Position numbers and translations under genes: made by a program. The notes below the pieces were generated by a model, which saw only the letters and a list, made by a program, of their open reading frames with translations, did not search any database and had not been told where the DNA came from. A stretch of DNA of 64,000 bases from Schmidtea polychroa. Its lineage: Eukaryota. Location of the stretch: NCBI GenBank assembly GCA_044892525.1, contig CM097885.1, positions 33,606,001 through 33,670,000 of the forward strand, written 5' to 3'. This document shows positions 34,265 through 46,847 of this stretch, piece by piece (the first letter of the stretch is position 1; each line of letters starts with the position of its first letter).

Positions 34265-35888
34265 GTTGAGGATACCTTAATAATAAAATTAAATAATTAT
34301 AAAAGCGAGAAAGTTAATGGGGGCAAAAGGTATAAAATAAAGAGTATGTAGCTCCAGAATTCTGAGAAGCAGGGATGATGGGAGGAAATAGAAAAATGAA
34401 AAGGAAATGGCAAAAAGTCAATAAAACTAAACCATTAAATACGGCAAGGTCCTTCTTAATTAACAAATACAAAAAAAGAACTAAAAACAAAATCAAAATT
34501 AAATTATGATATTTCGACAACTGTCAGCGAAAATAAACAAATTATGGATGACCTAAGAAAATGAGCTGAAAGTAAAAATTATAATCTATGAGTGTTATGG
34601 GATAGCAGAAAATAAAAACAAAACAAAATTTGAATTTGGAAACGCAATGCGTAAAGAACAAAAAACCCCAAGTTTATAAAGAAGAAGAAGACAGGCAAGA
34701 AAACAGAATTAAAACGAAACGCAAAGTGATATATATTTCCAAATTATTTCTTATCTTAAAATAATTAAAATAAATATTAATAATTATCACTCGTTATCAC
34801 TGATATTTTGGATTTTGATTATTGGTCAATTATCAAATAATAGATTTTAACAAAATTAGCTATTGTACTAAATAATAAAAAATAAAGAAAAAAAAAGAGT
34901 AAAAATAAAGAATATTTTTATTTGATTGTACAATATAGAAAACATTATTTCTAAGACATTTTAGTACCTCAAAACTAAAGTAAGATAAGAACGTTTATGA
35001 AGCAAATTTTATACTGATTTAATTCTTTTTTTATATTGCATTGTAATTGTAATGAAGAATAATATTATAAATATCACAAGTATGTAGTTAGGAGCTCCCT
35101 GCAGCAATGACCCCCGGGGGGGGGCGGTTCTGCTGCAACTTACATTTTTCTGCTTTTTGATTACATAATTGCTGCAGGGACCTCCACTTTTTTTCTGTGA
35201 TTTTCAATACAAAAATTTTTTTTCAATACAAAGTAATTTTTTTCTGACTATAGTGAGGGGGTCTCCTTGGTCCTGAGAATTTCAATAGAAATGGGTTTAC
35301 ACTAAAAAAGCATGGATTTATTCAGACTATAATGAGGGGGTCTCTTTGGTCTTGGGATTTTCAATAGAAAAATGTGGTCTACACTAAAAAAGCATGATAA
35401 ATTTTGAATTAAAGCAAATTATGGATCTAAATATTTAATTACAGTAAATTGTGGGCTAAGATTTTCGAATTACAGTAAAATATGGTCTAAAAATTAAATT
35501 AAAGTAAATTAAGGTTCAAAATTTAAAATTAAAGTTAATTAGGGTCCAAATTTTTCAAATAAAGTTAATTAAGGTCCAAATTTTAAAATCAAGTAATCAA
35601 TGGTCAAAAACTTTAAAGTTAAAGTAATATTTTTAAATTAAGTAAATTAAAGTAATAATTTTTAAATAATTAAAGTAATGTAATAAGTAAATTAAAGTAA
35701 GATTTTAAAATTTATTAACAAAAAGGTTGAATAACCAACAGCTTCTGAGAAATAAAATTTTTTAAGATAATTTTTAATGAAACTTTTAATGAAATAATTT
35801 TCAAAGTCCATTTTTAATAGAAATTTTTATAGTTTAATTTTTTTAAGTCAATTTTTAATGGAATAATAAAAATAGTAATAATAATAGT

Positions 35889-37709
35889 TGTAAGGAGTTT
35901 GTAAATCTCTATATAAAATTAATATGGTTAAATGTAGAAGTGAGATCAGTTAGTAGAAATAATTATTTCTGTTAAATATTTATATTTAAATTCTATATTA
36001 AATTATATCATATTATATTAAATTATATTAAATTAAATCAATTAAATGTATGACCAGTAATTACATTAATATTAATAATTATCACGCCTCGGTGTTTAAA
36101 TATTCTAGTAAACGGCTCAATTTTTGAAGTTGTTATAAAAATAAATGCTTGAAGAAGACTTGAATTTAATTGCGTCTAACATGGCGACCACGACCACGGA
36201 TTTATTGATAAGCAGATTATTACCTGAGAAATTTCACAAAGGCGATGATTTAGAAAATTTTATCAAGGATTGTCAGGGCGATTAAAAACTAGATTGTTAA
36301 CATTGATGACCGAAAATAATGGAAATGAATGGCAAAGAGATAATGCAGAAATACAAGATATAAAAGATCAAATAAATGAAAGGAAAAATAATAAATATAT
36401 ATTAAAAGGAAATATTATCTATACCAATCAAAACAAAATATGGATACCAGAAACAAAAAGACGAGAAATGATTAAGGAAACACATTTATTATTATGCCAC
36501 GCAGAAGTAGAAAAAGTTATGAAATATATTAGGAACAATTTTGATATGGAAGATTTGCTAAATGAAGTAAAAGAGACTATTTCAATATGTGAAGTATGTC
36601 AGAAAAACAAAGTTTTAACTACAAAGTCAAAAGAAAAAACCCAAGTAATTCAAGCTTCAGAACCTATGGAGAAAATATACATGGATATTTGCGGTCCATT
36701 AAGAGAAACCTTCAGAGGAGAAAAATATATTTGTGCAATAATCGATCATTACAGTAAATACATATCTCTAACTCCTGTTAGAAAGCAAGATGAAAATACA
36801 ATAAAGGCAGTTTTGTTAAATAATTGGATATTGAAATTTGGAGTCCCTAAGGAACTACATCTTGATTGTGGAAAGAATTTCGAAGCAAATAGTATTAAAG
36901 AACTAGCAAAGGCAGGAGGAATTGAGATGATATTTTCGAGTCCGTATCATCATAATACTAATGGTGTAATTGAAAGACAATTTCGTACTATAAGAGACTA
37001 TATTAACGCGTCACTCAGAGAAGGAGTTAAAAAAAGCTGGGCAGAATTAATACCTGATATAGAATACGTTTTAAATGCGACATCTCAAAAAACTACTGGA
37101 GTGAGTCCAGCAGAAATTATATTTGGAAAAAAGATTAATAGATCGCAATGGCATAGTAATAATGAAGTGGATAGAAATGAAATCATGCGGAAATTAGAGG
37201 CTAAAAGACAGCAAACAAAAGAAATTGGCACAACTAGGAACTTAGAAGTGGGGGACAAAGTATTGGTGAAACAAGAAATTAGAAACAAAGATCACGAGAG
37301 ATATGAAGGACCATATACAGTAATAAAACGAAATTATGAACAGATTATAACAGACGAAAACGGGAGAAAAATAACGAGGAATATAGAAAAGTTAAAGCGT
37401 TTTAAAGAAGGGGGGATGTAAGGAGTTAGTAAATCTCTATATAAAATTATTATGGTTAAATGTAGAAGTGCGATCAGTTAGTAGAAATAATTATTTCTGT
37501 TAAATATTTATATTTAAATTCTATATTAAATTATATCATATTATATTAAATTATATTAAATTAAATCAATTAAATGTATGACCAGTAATTACATTAATAT
37601 TAATAATTATCACGCCTCGGTGTTTAAATATTCTAGTAAACGGCTCAATTTTTGAAGTTGTTATAAAAATAAATGCTTGAAGAAGACTTGAATTTAATTG
37701 CGTCTAACA
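35889..37709 (+). mobile_element. Internally deleted Ty3/Gypsy LTR element
   Basis: 293-bp TG..CA LTRs at 35889-36181 and 37417-37709, nearly identical. TSD ATAGT, PBS TGGCGACCACGA, PPT AAAGAAGGGGGGA. Confidence 0.95.
36270..37421 (+). CDS. Gypsy integrase (intact 3' part of pol)
   Basis: HHCC (THLLLCH..CEVC), DDE (YMDICG, HLDCG, IERQFR) and GPY motif. The true start is uncertain. Confidence 0.88.
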   Translation: MSGRLKTRLLTLMTENNGNEWQRDNAEIQDIKDQINERKNNKYILKGNIIYTNQNKIWIPETKRREMIKETHLLLCHAEVEKVMKYIRNNFDMEDLLNEVKETISICEVCQKNKVLTTKSKEKTQVIQASEPMEKIYMDICGPLRETFRGEKYICAIIDHYSKYISLTPVRKQDENTIKAVLLNNWILKFGVPKELHLDCGKNFEANSIKELAKAGGIEMIFSSPYHHNTNGVIERQFRTIRDYINASLREGVKKSWAELIPDIEYVLNATSQKTTGVSPAEIIFGKKINRSQWHSNNEVDRNEIMRKLEAKRQQTKEIGTTRNLEVGDKVLVKQEIRNKDHERYEGPYTVIKRNYEQIITDENGRKITRNIEKLKRFKEGGM

Positions 37710-37714
37710 ATAGT

Positions 37715-37864
<150 letters not shown>

Positions 37865-37871
37865 GTAATAA

Positions 37872-37912
<41 letters not shown>

Positions 37913-37989
37913 TGCTATAAAACACATAAAAATTTTCCAAACACATAAAAAGAACAAAAGTAAAGATATAAAATTTTTATTTAATACAA

Positions 37990-40690
37990 TTAATCTTCAT
38001 CTGAGAAAATAACATCATCAATGTCAACTTCTTCATTATCTTCTCTAACATCTTCTCCAACATCTTCTATATAATTTATTTGACTTAATCTTACATGGCC
38101 ATATGCAAAACTAGTATTTTTCCCCACCCAAACCCTTTTGTCATCTGCGTTAGTTAGAGCTATTTTAGTATTTTTTATTGTATAAATTTTATGGTTTTTG
38201 CTTGTTATTTTTGTTTGAGGAATCGAAAAAATTTGATTTTTATTGTAACAATCCAGGTATGACTGATGTTTTATGTCACTACCTTTCAATGTTACACCTT
38301 TAGCCTTTTTTGTTTCCTCATCACCCAACAAACTATAACATTTAGGTCTAAGAAAAACCCATTCCTTTTATTTAAGACCTTTATTCTCGTCTTTGAACTT
38401 TCCAATGACCGAATCAAGGTTCTTACTATATAAGGAATGACAAGTATCGTAATTGGACTTGTCTAACAAATTATCGCGGATCATTGCAGGTAAAAGAATC
38501 TCAAGTTTACAGTTAATAACTCCCAGGAAAAAAGAATCCGTAACACCAGCAACAATATTAATTTTACAATAAAACTCATTGCGATATTTTTCTAAATCGT
38601 TATATTCCAGTTTATACATTCTAAGTTTAGATAGATCAAGTACAGGCTGTCCAATGTAACTTGGTCTATCTAAACATATAGAATCTGGATTTAACAAAGC
38701 TGCTTTTAATTTATCGTCGATTTTAATAGATTTTTTAAACGAAGGTTTAGAAGTATATTTGACTAATTTACTGTCAGTTGTACAAAGAAGAAGATTCATT
38801 CTTCTCTTTAAATTTCTACAGTTTTACCATATAAACTGTTATTTAACAATTTGTAATAATTTTTATCTAAGCTATTTGTACTTTTTGCTCTTAATTCAGT
38901 ATTGGTGTCTATGTATTTTTTAAAAATTGGAGATTGTTTAAACCTTACAGCTCTATTTACACGTGTAACTTTAACACCAAGTGCTAACTATAATTTTAAT
39001 AATCTCCAATGAATCAAATAATTAGATTTTGGAAAATGAGTTAATAACAATTTTTCAACAACGATTCAAGATTTTAATTCATATATTCATCCATTATTAA
39101 ATCAAATCCATTAAGAACCCAACTAAATTCGCGACAAAGTAATGGTTGACTTAAAGCCCAACCGTAAAGATTATTAATATCAATATAAAGTAACTCGGTG
39201 TTTTCATCGATTTTTACATAATGTTTATTTACAAAAGTAAGACCTCCTCTTATTCCACCTTCATAAAAGCTAAACATTTCGTTTTCAGTTATCAATTCAA
39301 TCGATTCATCTAAGAACATTAAAGAAGAAGACCAAGACATACCATGAATTCCGAAATAATTCAATGGTTCTAACTTATTGTGAGCAATAGATTTCAAACG
39401 AAATTGTCGGAAGAAATCAGCCAAAAGAAAACAATCAAGTTTTAAGTATATCATCATGTAGTTACGCAGTTAGTTTCAACCCAAATCTTTTGTCCAGCGC
39501 GTGTTTATATCTAAAACCGTTCAAACACCGCTGGCACCATAATGAACGTATTCGTGTAGGACAACTAGTTTTGATAATTTATTATTATTAAATAAAGGAA
39601 AGAATTTCCATTACATAGCTATAAGCAACTTAAATAGGTTAATGAATTGTGTTAATTATAGTTCCATTTAAAACTTTGGAACGATGTATAATATACAAAT
39701 GCGGATGTTTTAATACATAATTTTCTGTTAATTGTCTATTATTGTCATAAGTAAAAACATTAATTATTAGACCTGGATTTTGGCTTCAGGTTTTCTAATA
39801 TCTTTTAGTTTCATTGGTAAATCTGACGAGTCGTATGCAAGGTCGGATAACTTATAACTCGATATCCTATTTCTAACATAACTACTAACTTTTAATTTTA
39901 AAATAGCTAAAATGCTATATAAAAAACATGAATCATCAATGTTTTTTATATTAATTAAACATTTTTTTTCAGAAAAGATGGTGTTTCAATAAAACTCATA
40001 CCACTTAACCTACTTAACCTACTTATTTTAGTTATCGTGAAATGAATTTCAGTTATATTTTTTATTAGCCAACTACTTCCTAACTCGGTTATGCTTGTTA
40101 TTTTTTCATTTAATTCCCTAATGCCTCAGTCGAAAAATGACGCAGTTAGAGGTTTCGCGTTATTAGAGATAGTATTAACTTTTATTTCCCCGTCTTTTTC
40201 AAATTCGATTTTTATTCCGAATTGAATTTTGACGGAGCCTAATTCATTAATAATATCTCTTAATTTGTTTATTAACGATTTAAATCGGTAGTATTTAAAC
40301 TCAATATCTGATGGGTACCTCTTAAATCGCGTTGAACTATTGGTACATATCTACCTTCTTGTATAGTATTTAATCCATCCCAAGAATCAAGTGAAATGTT
40401 GTCAAATCCATCATTGGATTCAAAATCATTTAATCCATCCCAAGAATCAAGGGAAATGTTGTCAAATCCATCATTGGATTCAACAACCAATCCGTCCTGG
40501 GATTCGACAAAATGCAATTCGTCCTGGGATTCAACTACGTCTAATACAACCTGGGATTCAAAAGAAGAAGTATCTAATTTAATTTTTTTATTTGTAATAT
40601 TTATTTCTACGGTTGAGGGTGTTTTAAAAACTGTTTGTACTAAATCACTTTTTTATGTTTTTCCACCCAAATACATTTCAATAGAGGAAC
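37990..40690 (-). pseudogene. Protein-primed family B DNA polymerase (pPolB), fragmented
   Basis: GIRGG, YIDINNLYGWALSQPL, KLLNNSLYGK, GVTDSFF (decayed DTDS), GKFKDE, LRPKCYS, KAKGV and DDKR. Multiple stops, frameshifts and deletions. Confidence 0.93.
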
Positions 40691-41441
40691 CAACAATAAT
40701 TGGTTCAATAATATTTGTATAGATCATCAATTGTTGATTACGTTGTAGTATTTCAGTTTCTTTAAAACCAATAACCTTCTTCTAACAATCCTAAACTATT
40801 AGCTAAAAATTTACTAAAAATTACAATTTTAACGATTTTTCCTTTTTGAATATAAACAGATTTAAATGGACGAGGATAAATTGCTGATAATTGATCATTT
40901 ATTTGTGAAAGATCTGTAATGATTTTTTCTTCAAATGTATCGGTAAACTCAACATCATAATAATACTGTATCGGATTGTATCAAACTTTATTTTTCGATT
41001 AATTGGAGGAATAGTGATTTGATTCAAGTTTTCTTTAAAATTTATTTCTTTTTCTGAAAATCCTAATTTTTGTGCTTCTTTAATACTATCAAATTCTACT
41101 TTAAAAGGAAAATATTTACAATTAATGTTCAAAGTATTTCCATCAATATATATTAAATAAAATAGCGAGTCGTGACTGATTGTATATTCATTTTTTTCTT
41201 GGTTAAAGTAAAAGTATTCATAACTTGTATGTAATACACTTTTACTGTATTTAACATTTGAATTATTGTAAAAAGGAAAAGTATTATACACAAAGGTAAA
41301 ATCCGTTTGAGTTACTTCCCATTCACCATCTAAGTAAATAGGATTTTTAATTTCAACATTAAATTTACTAGCTTCATTATTTGGATGAGTCTGAGGACAA
41401 CTATTAGAAGGCAAATTCACATAAAAATCTTTTTTAATCAT
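40690..41441 (-). pseudogene. Penton paralogue 2, 3'-truncated
   Basis: FYVNLPSNSC..NEASKF..LDGEWEV. Ends after LMIYTNIIEPIIVG at a probable deletion junction. Confidence 0.8.
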
Positions 41442-42441
41442 TTATTTTACGAAAATGTAATGTCAAGTGCGTTTTTGTATCTTTACTAAATTTTATTAAT
41501 TTTCCACTATCATCACGTATATTGATTTCAATGTTGTTTATAGAAGAATTAGAAATTGGTAGATACATTGAATTCTTCATTTCTAATTGCAGAATTTCTC
41601 CTTGTTCGTACATTTTTATCCAAATAGATTTCAATAACGGAACTCTTACATCCCCAACGGTCAATGGTTCGATAATATTTGAGTAAATAAACATTTGTTG
41701 ATAATGATTAAATAATTTTGGAATTTTTGATCCAATAATTTCTTTCTCTGTAAATGTTTGTTTCTTTAATCCCAATGTTTTTGTTAAATTTTTATCAAAG
41801 GTTATTTTAACCAATTCATTATTTTGTATTTTAAAATCTTTAAAGGGAGACGGATTAATTGTCATTAACTGACCGTGTATTTCAGATAAAGTATTGATGT
41901 ATATTGATGTATAATTCATCTTCTAAATAATGTTCAAATTTTGTTTTTTCAACAACACTTATAATTATACCAAATTGATCAATTGTTTTATCTTCTGTAA
42001 ATTTTGGTAATTTAATTCGAAAATGATCACTATCACTAATAACCGATACTGATTTTAATCCAAATTTAAAAGCATGTTCAAAATCTGGAAATGTTATTTT
42101 AAATCGAACATGTGGTCAAACAACAACTAAATTCTCACATCTTTCAATGAACATGTCAACTTCAGGAGTATTTGTAGGGTTTATTACTTCAAATGTTCGA
42201 TTTGAATTATTTATTCTAAAATATTTAATTTCTTCATCCATATTTACATTTTCATTTTGTATCAGTGAATTATTATAATAAGGAAAAGTATTATACACAA
42301 AGGTAAAATCCATGAGAGCTACTTCCCATTCACCATCCAAGTAAATAGGATTTTGAAATTCGACATTAAATTTACTTGCTTCATTTCAGGGAAAATAAGA
42401 GGACAACTATTAGAAGGTAAAATAGTATAAAAATCTTTCAT
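41434..42441 (-). pseudogene. Penton paralogue 1, frameshifted
   Basis: MKDFYTILPSNSC..LDGEWEVAL ... MFIYSNIIEPLTVGDVRVPLL ... IEINIRDDSG..LTLHFRK. Confidence 0.85.
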
Positions 42442-42446
42442 AATAT

Positions 42447-43519
42447 TTATTTAATCAATTGATTTTCGGATATCCAAGTTGGAGTTTCATATCCATGCCA
42501 TTTAACATAATATTGTTTATATTTACCATCTTTTTTGGTTTTTAAAATCTTTTGAATTCTAAATATTGTAGGAGCAGAAATAACTTGGAGTTCTTGTTCG
42601 TAGAATTTACCAGTGATTGGTTTGTTTTCATGATAAACTATCACATATATAACAGGATTCTGTTTTGTATCGATTTTCAAAATTTGATATACTTCATCAC
42701 TCCAATTATTATCAAGGTTTTTGATGAATGGCGAAGAATTGATTTTACTAATTCTTACATGATCACCAACCTTGTATTTTGGTTTATTGATGTTTTCTAT
42801 CTTTGTTTTTTAGTAAAATCAACAGGTGTCCTTTTAATCCTCTATGTGGCGAATGATTGTAACTGAAAATAATTTTTGGCAAAACATTTATCCAAGTTTT
42901 ATTACCTTGATATACAAAATATATTTCAATCTTTCTCTTAAAGTTTGATTAAATCGTTCTACGTGAGCAGCTTTGAACTGAGAAAATACTGAGTAGTGGT
43001 TTATTCCTTTGATAACCTCTTTAACTTTGCTGTTATAAAATTCTTTACCTAAATAAAATATTTAAAATTAATTTATTAAATTTAATTACCTAAATCCGTT
43101 TGTAAATTAATAGGTTTGCAATCTGCAAATATTTCTTTTATCCCATCAGCCATTTCATTTGCAGATTTAGTTTTTGTAGGAACAACACGAGCATATCTAT
43201 TAAAAACATCAATACAAGTCAGAATATATTTGTATCCCTTGTTAATTTTTGAATAAGGTATTATTTCCATCAAATTCATTTGCCATACATCATTGTTTCC
43301 AATTGTTTTGTATGGTCTTGTTGGAAATCGTTTCAACATTGGTTTATTTAAACTATATGCTAATTGATTAGATGGCCATTTCTGTGTTTCTTTCTTTGAA
43401 TTATTCACTCGTTTTGTTAATTTTCCTACACCACCAAAACCATCTGGATCTTTTGGGTTTGTCCATATTGTTTTTCTCTTTTTCTCTTTTATTTTCTCGT
43501 TTGTTTTCACCTTTTTCAC
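42447..43519 (-). pseudogene. Polinton integrase with C-terminal chromodomain and a 41-nt intron
   Basis: YILTCIDVF, LQTDLG|KEFY, VERFNQTL, GKFYEQELQ, chromodomain YYVKWHGY...WI. Frameshifts present. Confidence 0.9.
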
Positions 43520-43625
43520 TTTTTTTCATTTTTGTTTTGTGATACGTTTCCTTCATTATTACAACACGTTGTCAAAATATTAAAATCTGCAATAATTTTA
43601 TTTGGTAATGAACTCTTGATACCCA

Positions 43626-43951
43626 TTACGAACTTAATGATGAGATTGCACTAATTGCAGATAAGACTATAGGAATTAGTGCACCCAAGAACCCGCCTTT
43701 TGTTTATATATTATCTTTCTTATTAGACGACGATTCTTTGTATCAACTAGAGATAAAAGCGATCTTTTATGTCTTTGCAATACTAATCTTTTAGCTTTAG
43801 TTATATTTACATTACCACGGACAACATTTATAATAACTTCAAGCAAATCATCAATAACAAATGATGGAAAAGACTGAAAAATCGATATTCGTTTCGGATT
43901 TGATGCCTTTATTAAAACATTAAAATACGGTAAACTTCATTAAAATTTCAT
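43626..43951 (-). pseudogene. Polinton core/membrane-active precursor remnant
   Basis: LLEVIINVVRGNV...KQKGGFLGALIPIVLSAI, the recurrent QxGGFL motif. The 5' end is disrupted. Confidence 0.65.
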
Positions 43952-43980
43952 TATTATTATTAATTTACGCGACGGATTGT

Positions 43981-44115
43981 TTATAATTTGATCCACTTCT
44001 TGATTTGTTTCTTAGTTTTCGTACTTTTCTTAATTTTCTTTGAACGTTTTGTTTTCTTGTTAATTTTTTTCGAAACACTTGGAAGATTTTTAACAACTAC
44101 TTTTTTAAATGACAT
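43981..44115 (-). CDS. Small lysine-rich putative DNA-condensing protein (44 aa)
   Basis: MSFKKVVVKNLPSVSKKINKKTKRSKKIKKSTKTKKQIKKWIKL, co-oriented between the ATPase and core genes. Confidence 0.45.
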   Translation of the reverse strand: MSFKKVVVKNLPSVSKKINKKTKRSKKIKKSTKTKKQIKKWIKL

Positions 44116-44138
44116 GATTAATTAAATTTTAATTGTTT

Positions 44139-44749
44139 TCAGTTTTGTTTATAAATCGTAGCACCGTTTATATTAAAAATATCTGTTCTAATACGCATAT
44201 CATCTGGACATTGTTGTGTAAATTCAAAAAATAAATATCCATGAGGAATTTTTGTCGCATCTTGGAATGAATCTATCAAATATTTTCTATTTTTTGGATA
44301 AGCTTGTCTTGCAAGAAAATCAATTATTGTTTGATCTCTAGGATTTTTGAAAATAATTAAATATTGGACATTTAAATTACGAGTTGTATGATGAAAAAGA
44401 TTTTGTGTTATGAAAATAGCTGTAACTCCACAATGTCTACTGATTTTTGTAAATAAATTATTAAAATTTATAATTTATTTGCCTACTGGTATAGATCATC
44501 GATAATAATAACATCGCCTTGGCGTAATCTAGATGACCAATTTTTATCAAATCCTCTAATTATTGTCATTTTTAATTTACAGAAACTGCTTTGAGTTAAT
44601 CCATGTTCTTCATCTGCACCTCGATTCCAATATATTTTATTAAATTTTGATTTAAACATGTTTGATTGTAATAAATTACATACAAATAAAGTTTTCCCAC
44701 TTCCACTATGTCCTACAATTTGATATACCGCGTCATTTCTTAAGTCCAT
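44139..44749 (-). pseudogene. A32-like packaging ATPase, disrupted
   Basis: GHSGSGKT, IIIDDL, then a stop. It continues as FTKISRH..FITQNLF..IIFKNPRD..PHGYLF..RIRTDIF. Confidence 0.9.
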
Positions 44750-44801
44750 TTTAATTAAATTATTTAATTTAATTTGTTTATAATTAGAATAATTTCATAA
44801 A

Positions 44802-45277
44802 ATGATAAGCAACATTAATTATAGAGGAAGATGTTTAGTAAATGGAATGAATTTCCCATCAGGAAAACCTCAACATGTTGTGGACAGAAGCGGAAAATAT
44901 CCAATTTTGTTCTTCAAGAGCGGGAAATGCAGGGTAATGGGATGTAAGAAACCATTACAAGAAGGTGATCTCAAACATCAGATTCAAGATTTACAAATTC
45001 AATCAATTACATTAACGTTAGATATCGGTACATGCATTGATTTAAATGCATTGTCAGTGAAAACCAGTAGTTACTACGAGCCTGAAATATTTCCAGCTTT
45101 ACGTATTCTCAGTATAACCCTCTATGTGTAAATGTTTTTTCAAGCGGTAAAGTGGTTATATTAGGGATTAAAACCTTTCATTATTTTAATCAAATTCATG
45201 AAATTCAGAAATTCATTAAATCATTAACTATAAATATCACAACAAATGAAGAAATATTGGAATATTTATTAAGTTAA
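44802..45277 (+). pseudogene. Divergent TATA-binding protein homologue with a single frameshift at ~45111
   Basis: Repeat 1 ILFFKSGKCRVMGCK. Repeat 2 IDLNAL..YYEPEIFPALR, then after the frameshift CVNVFSSGKVVILGIK. Compare TBP ALIFSSGKMVCTGAK / YEPELFPGL / LIFVSGKVVLTGAK. Confidence 0.85.
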
Positions 45278-45332
45278 TTTAATTAATTGTGTTTAAATTA
45301 ACTGAATATCTACAAAAACATAAATTCAAAAA

Positions 45333-45680
45333 ATGGATGACGATAAGCAAGCATATATATTCCAAACAATATTAATAAAGATGGAAGAATTGTTCCCGAA
45401 TATAAAGAATAAACTTTCGTATTGCGCTCCAGAATTATTAGCTTATAGGATCAAGCAATTAACGGGGATCAATATAGAAGAAATTATACGAAGGCATAAC
45501 GAATCTGTTCAAGAATCAAGATTTAAATGCCTAGATGATTGCGAAGTATGTATGGATCCAATGAAATTACCATGTCCGTTTAGGTGTAGATGCTGCCAAG
45601 AATATAAGATGAAAGAAATTGTTCATATTTTACTGGCAGAATTAAGAAGAGCTTATTATAAGCAAATATTGGATGAATAA
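45333..45680 (+). CDS. Hypothetical Cys-rich protein (115 aa)
   Basis: Intact ATG ORF with CLDDCEVC..PCPFRCRCC. The stop overlaps AATAAA. Confidence 0.6.
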   Translation: MDDDKQAYIFQTILIKMEELFPNIKNKLSYCAPELLAYRIKQLTGINIEEIIRRHNESVQESRFKCLDDCEVCMDPMKLPCPFRCRCCQEYKMKEIVHILLAELRRAYYKQILDE

Positions 45681-45779
45681 ATTTTTATCTTTACTTTTGT
45701 TCTTTTTATGTGTTTAGTTATGTGTCTAGTTATTTTTTATGTGTTGTATAGTATTTGGTGGAAATAATAATAATATTAC

Positions 45780-46847
45780 TGTTGAGGTAAATAAATTAAA
45801 ATAAATTTAAATGAAATTTAAATGAAATTTAGGTTAATAATTTAAATAAAAAGAAAGTGAAAAAAAAGACAAATAAAAGCGGGATCATGCACAGAATCGA
45901 TAGTAAAGGAAAGTGTGATGGAAGCAGTATTAGAAAATGCCAAAAGCAATTACGAAAGGCAAGAATCCGGAAATCCGAGAAAAATCAATAAATGGTAAAA
46001 TAATCGAAATCGAATGGGGAAAACGGGACAGGTATAGAGTAGCTAATGGTCAACAAGATGATGATTAGGGATTTATCAGAAAATGGTTAGGAAGGGTCGA
46101 AAAGCATTCAAATGTGTAAAAACAGAAAATGTTAATTAATTAATTAATTGGCTAATAGAAAACCCGAGCTAATGGGAAACCCGAGCCAATGGAGAACCCG
46201 AGAGATGAAGGAAACCCGAGCTGGGTAAACAAGAAGAAAAGTAAAAAGAAGGAAGATTTGGGCCCATTAGCTTGACACAATGAATTATTGGAAAAAAGCA
46301 AGGAGAAGATAGTGCGTGTAGAAAGGCCGGAAGAGCCATTAATTATTTTGGCTCGTTGGACCATTGTGGGTGACAGCTGAAGCAGATATGTGGAAGCAAA
46401 TGTCAAGTGAAAGATTGGCTCGGCAATAACCATATGTTATCCCGATTTCGAGGAGTATATAAGGAAAGGGAAAATCAGAGAAAATTGGCATTTTGCCTCA
46501 GGTAGGGTAAGAAGAAACCGAGCTTAGGAAAAGGCGAAAACGAATTTAGGAGATTAGGGAAAAAGAAGAGATAGAATAAGAATAAAAAGCGAGAAAAGGA
46601 TCAAATCAAACAGAAAAAGTGGAAAACGTTGGTCAAGAGAATCTAAGAGAATAAAAGGTGAATATTATCTTTATCAAAGCTTCAACACCGAGCGGAGAAT
46701 CGGTCAAACGTAACTTTGATTATTAATTGTAAAGTGGTGAGAAAAGATTGTGAATTTGTTATTTCAATATACGTTGGGTCATTATCGTTTTGATTTAAAG
46801 GACACGAGGAGTCAGAGGGAACCGACTTAAATTAACCAAAAACCCAA

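Noticed and set aside
40369..40485. 60-bp tandem duplication producing three overlapping ORF calls
   Set aside because: It is a local repeat in the acidic N-terminal region of the pPolB remnant, not separate genes.
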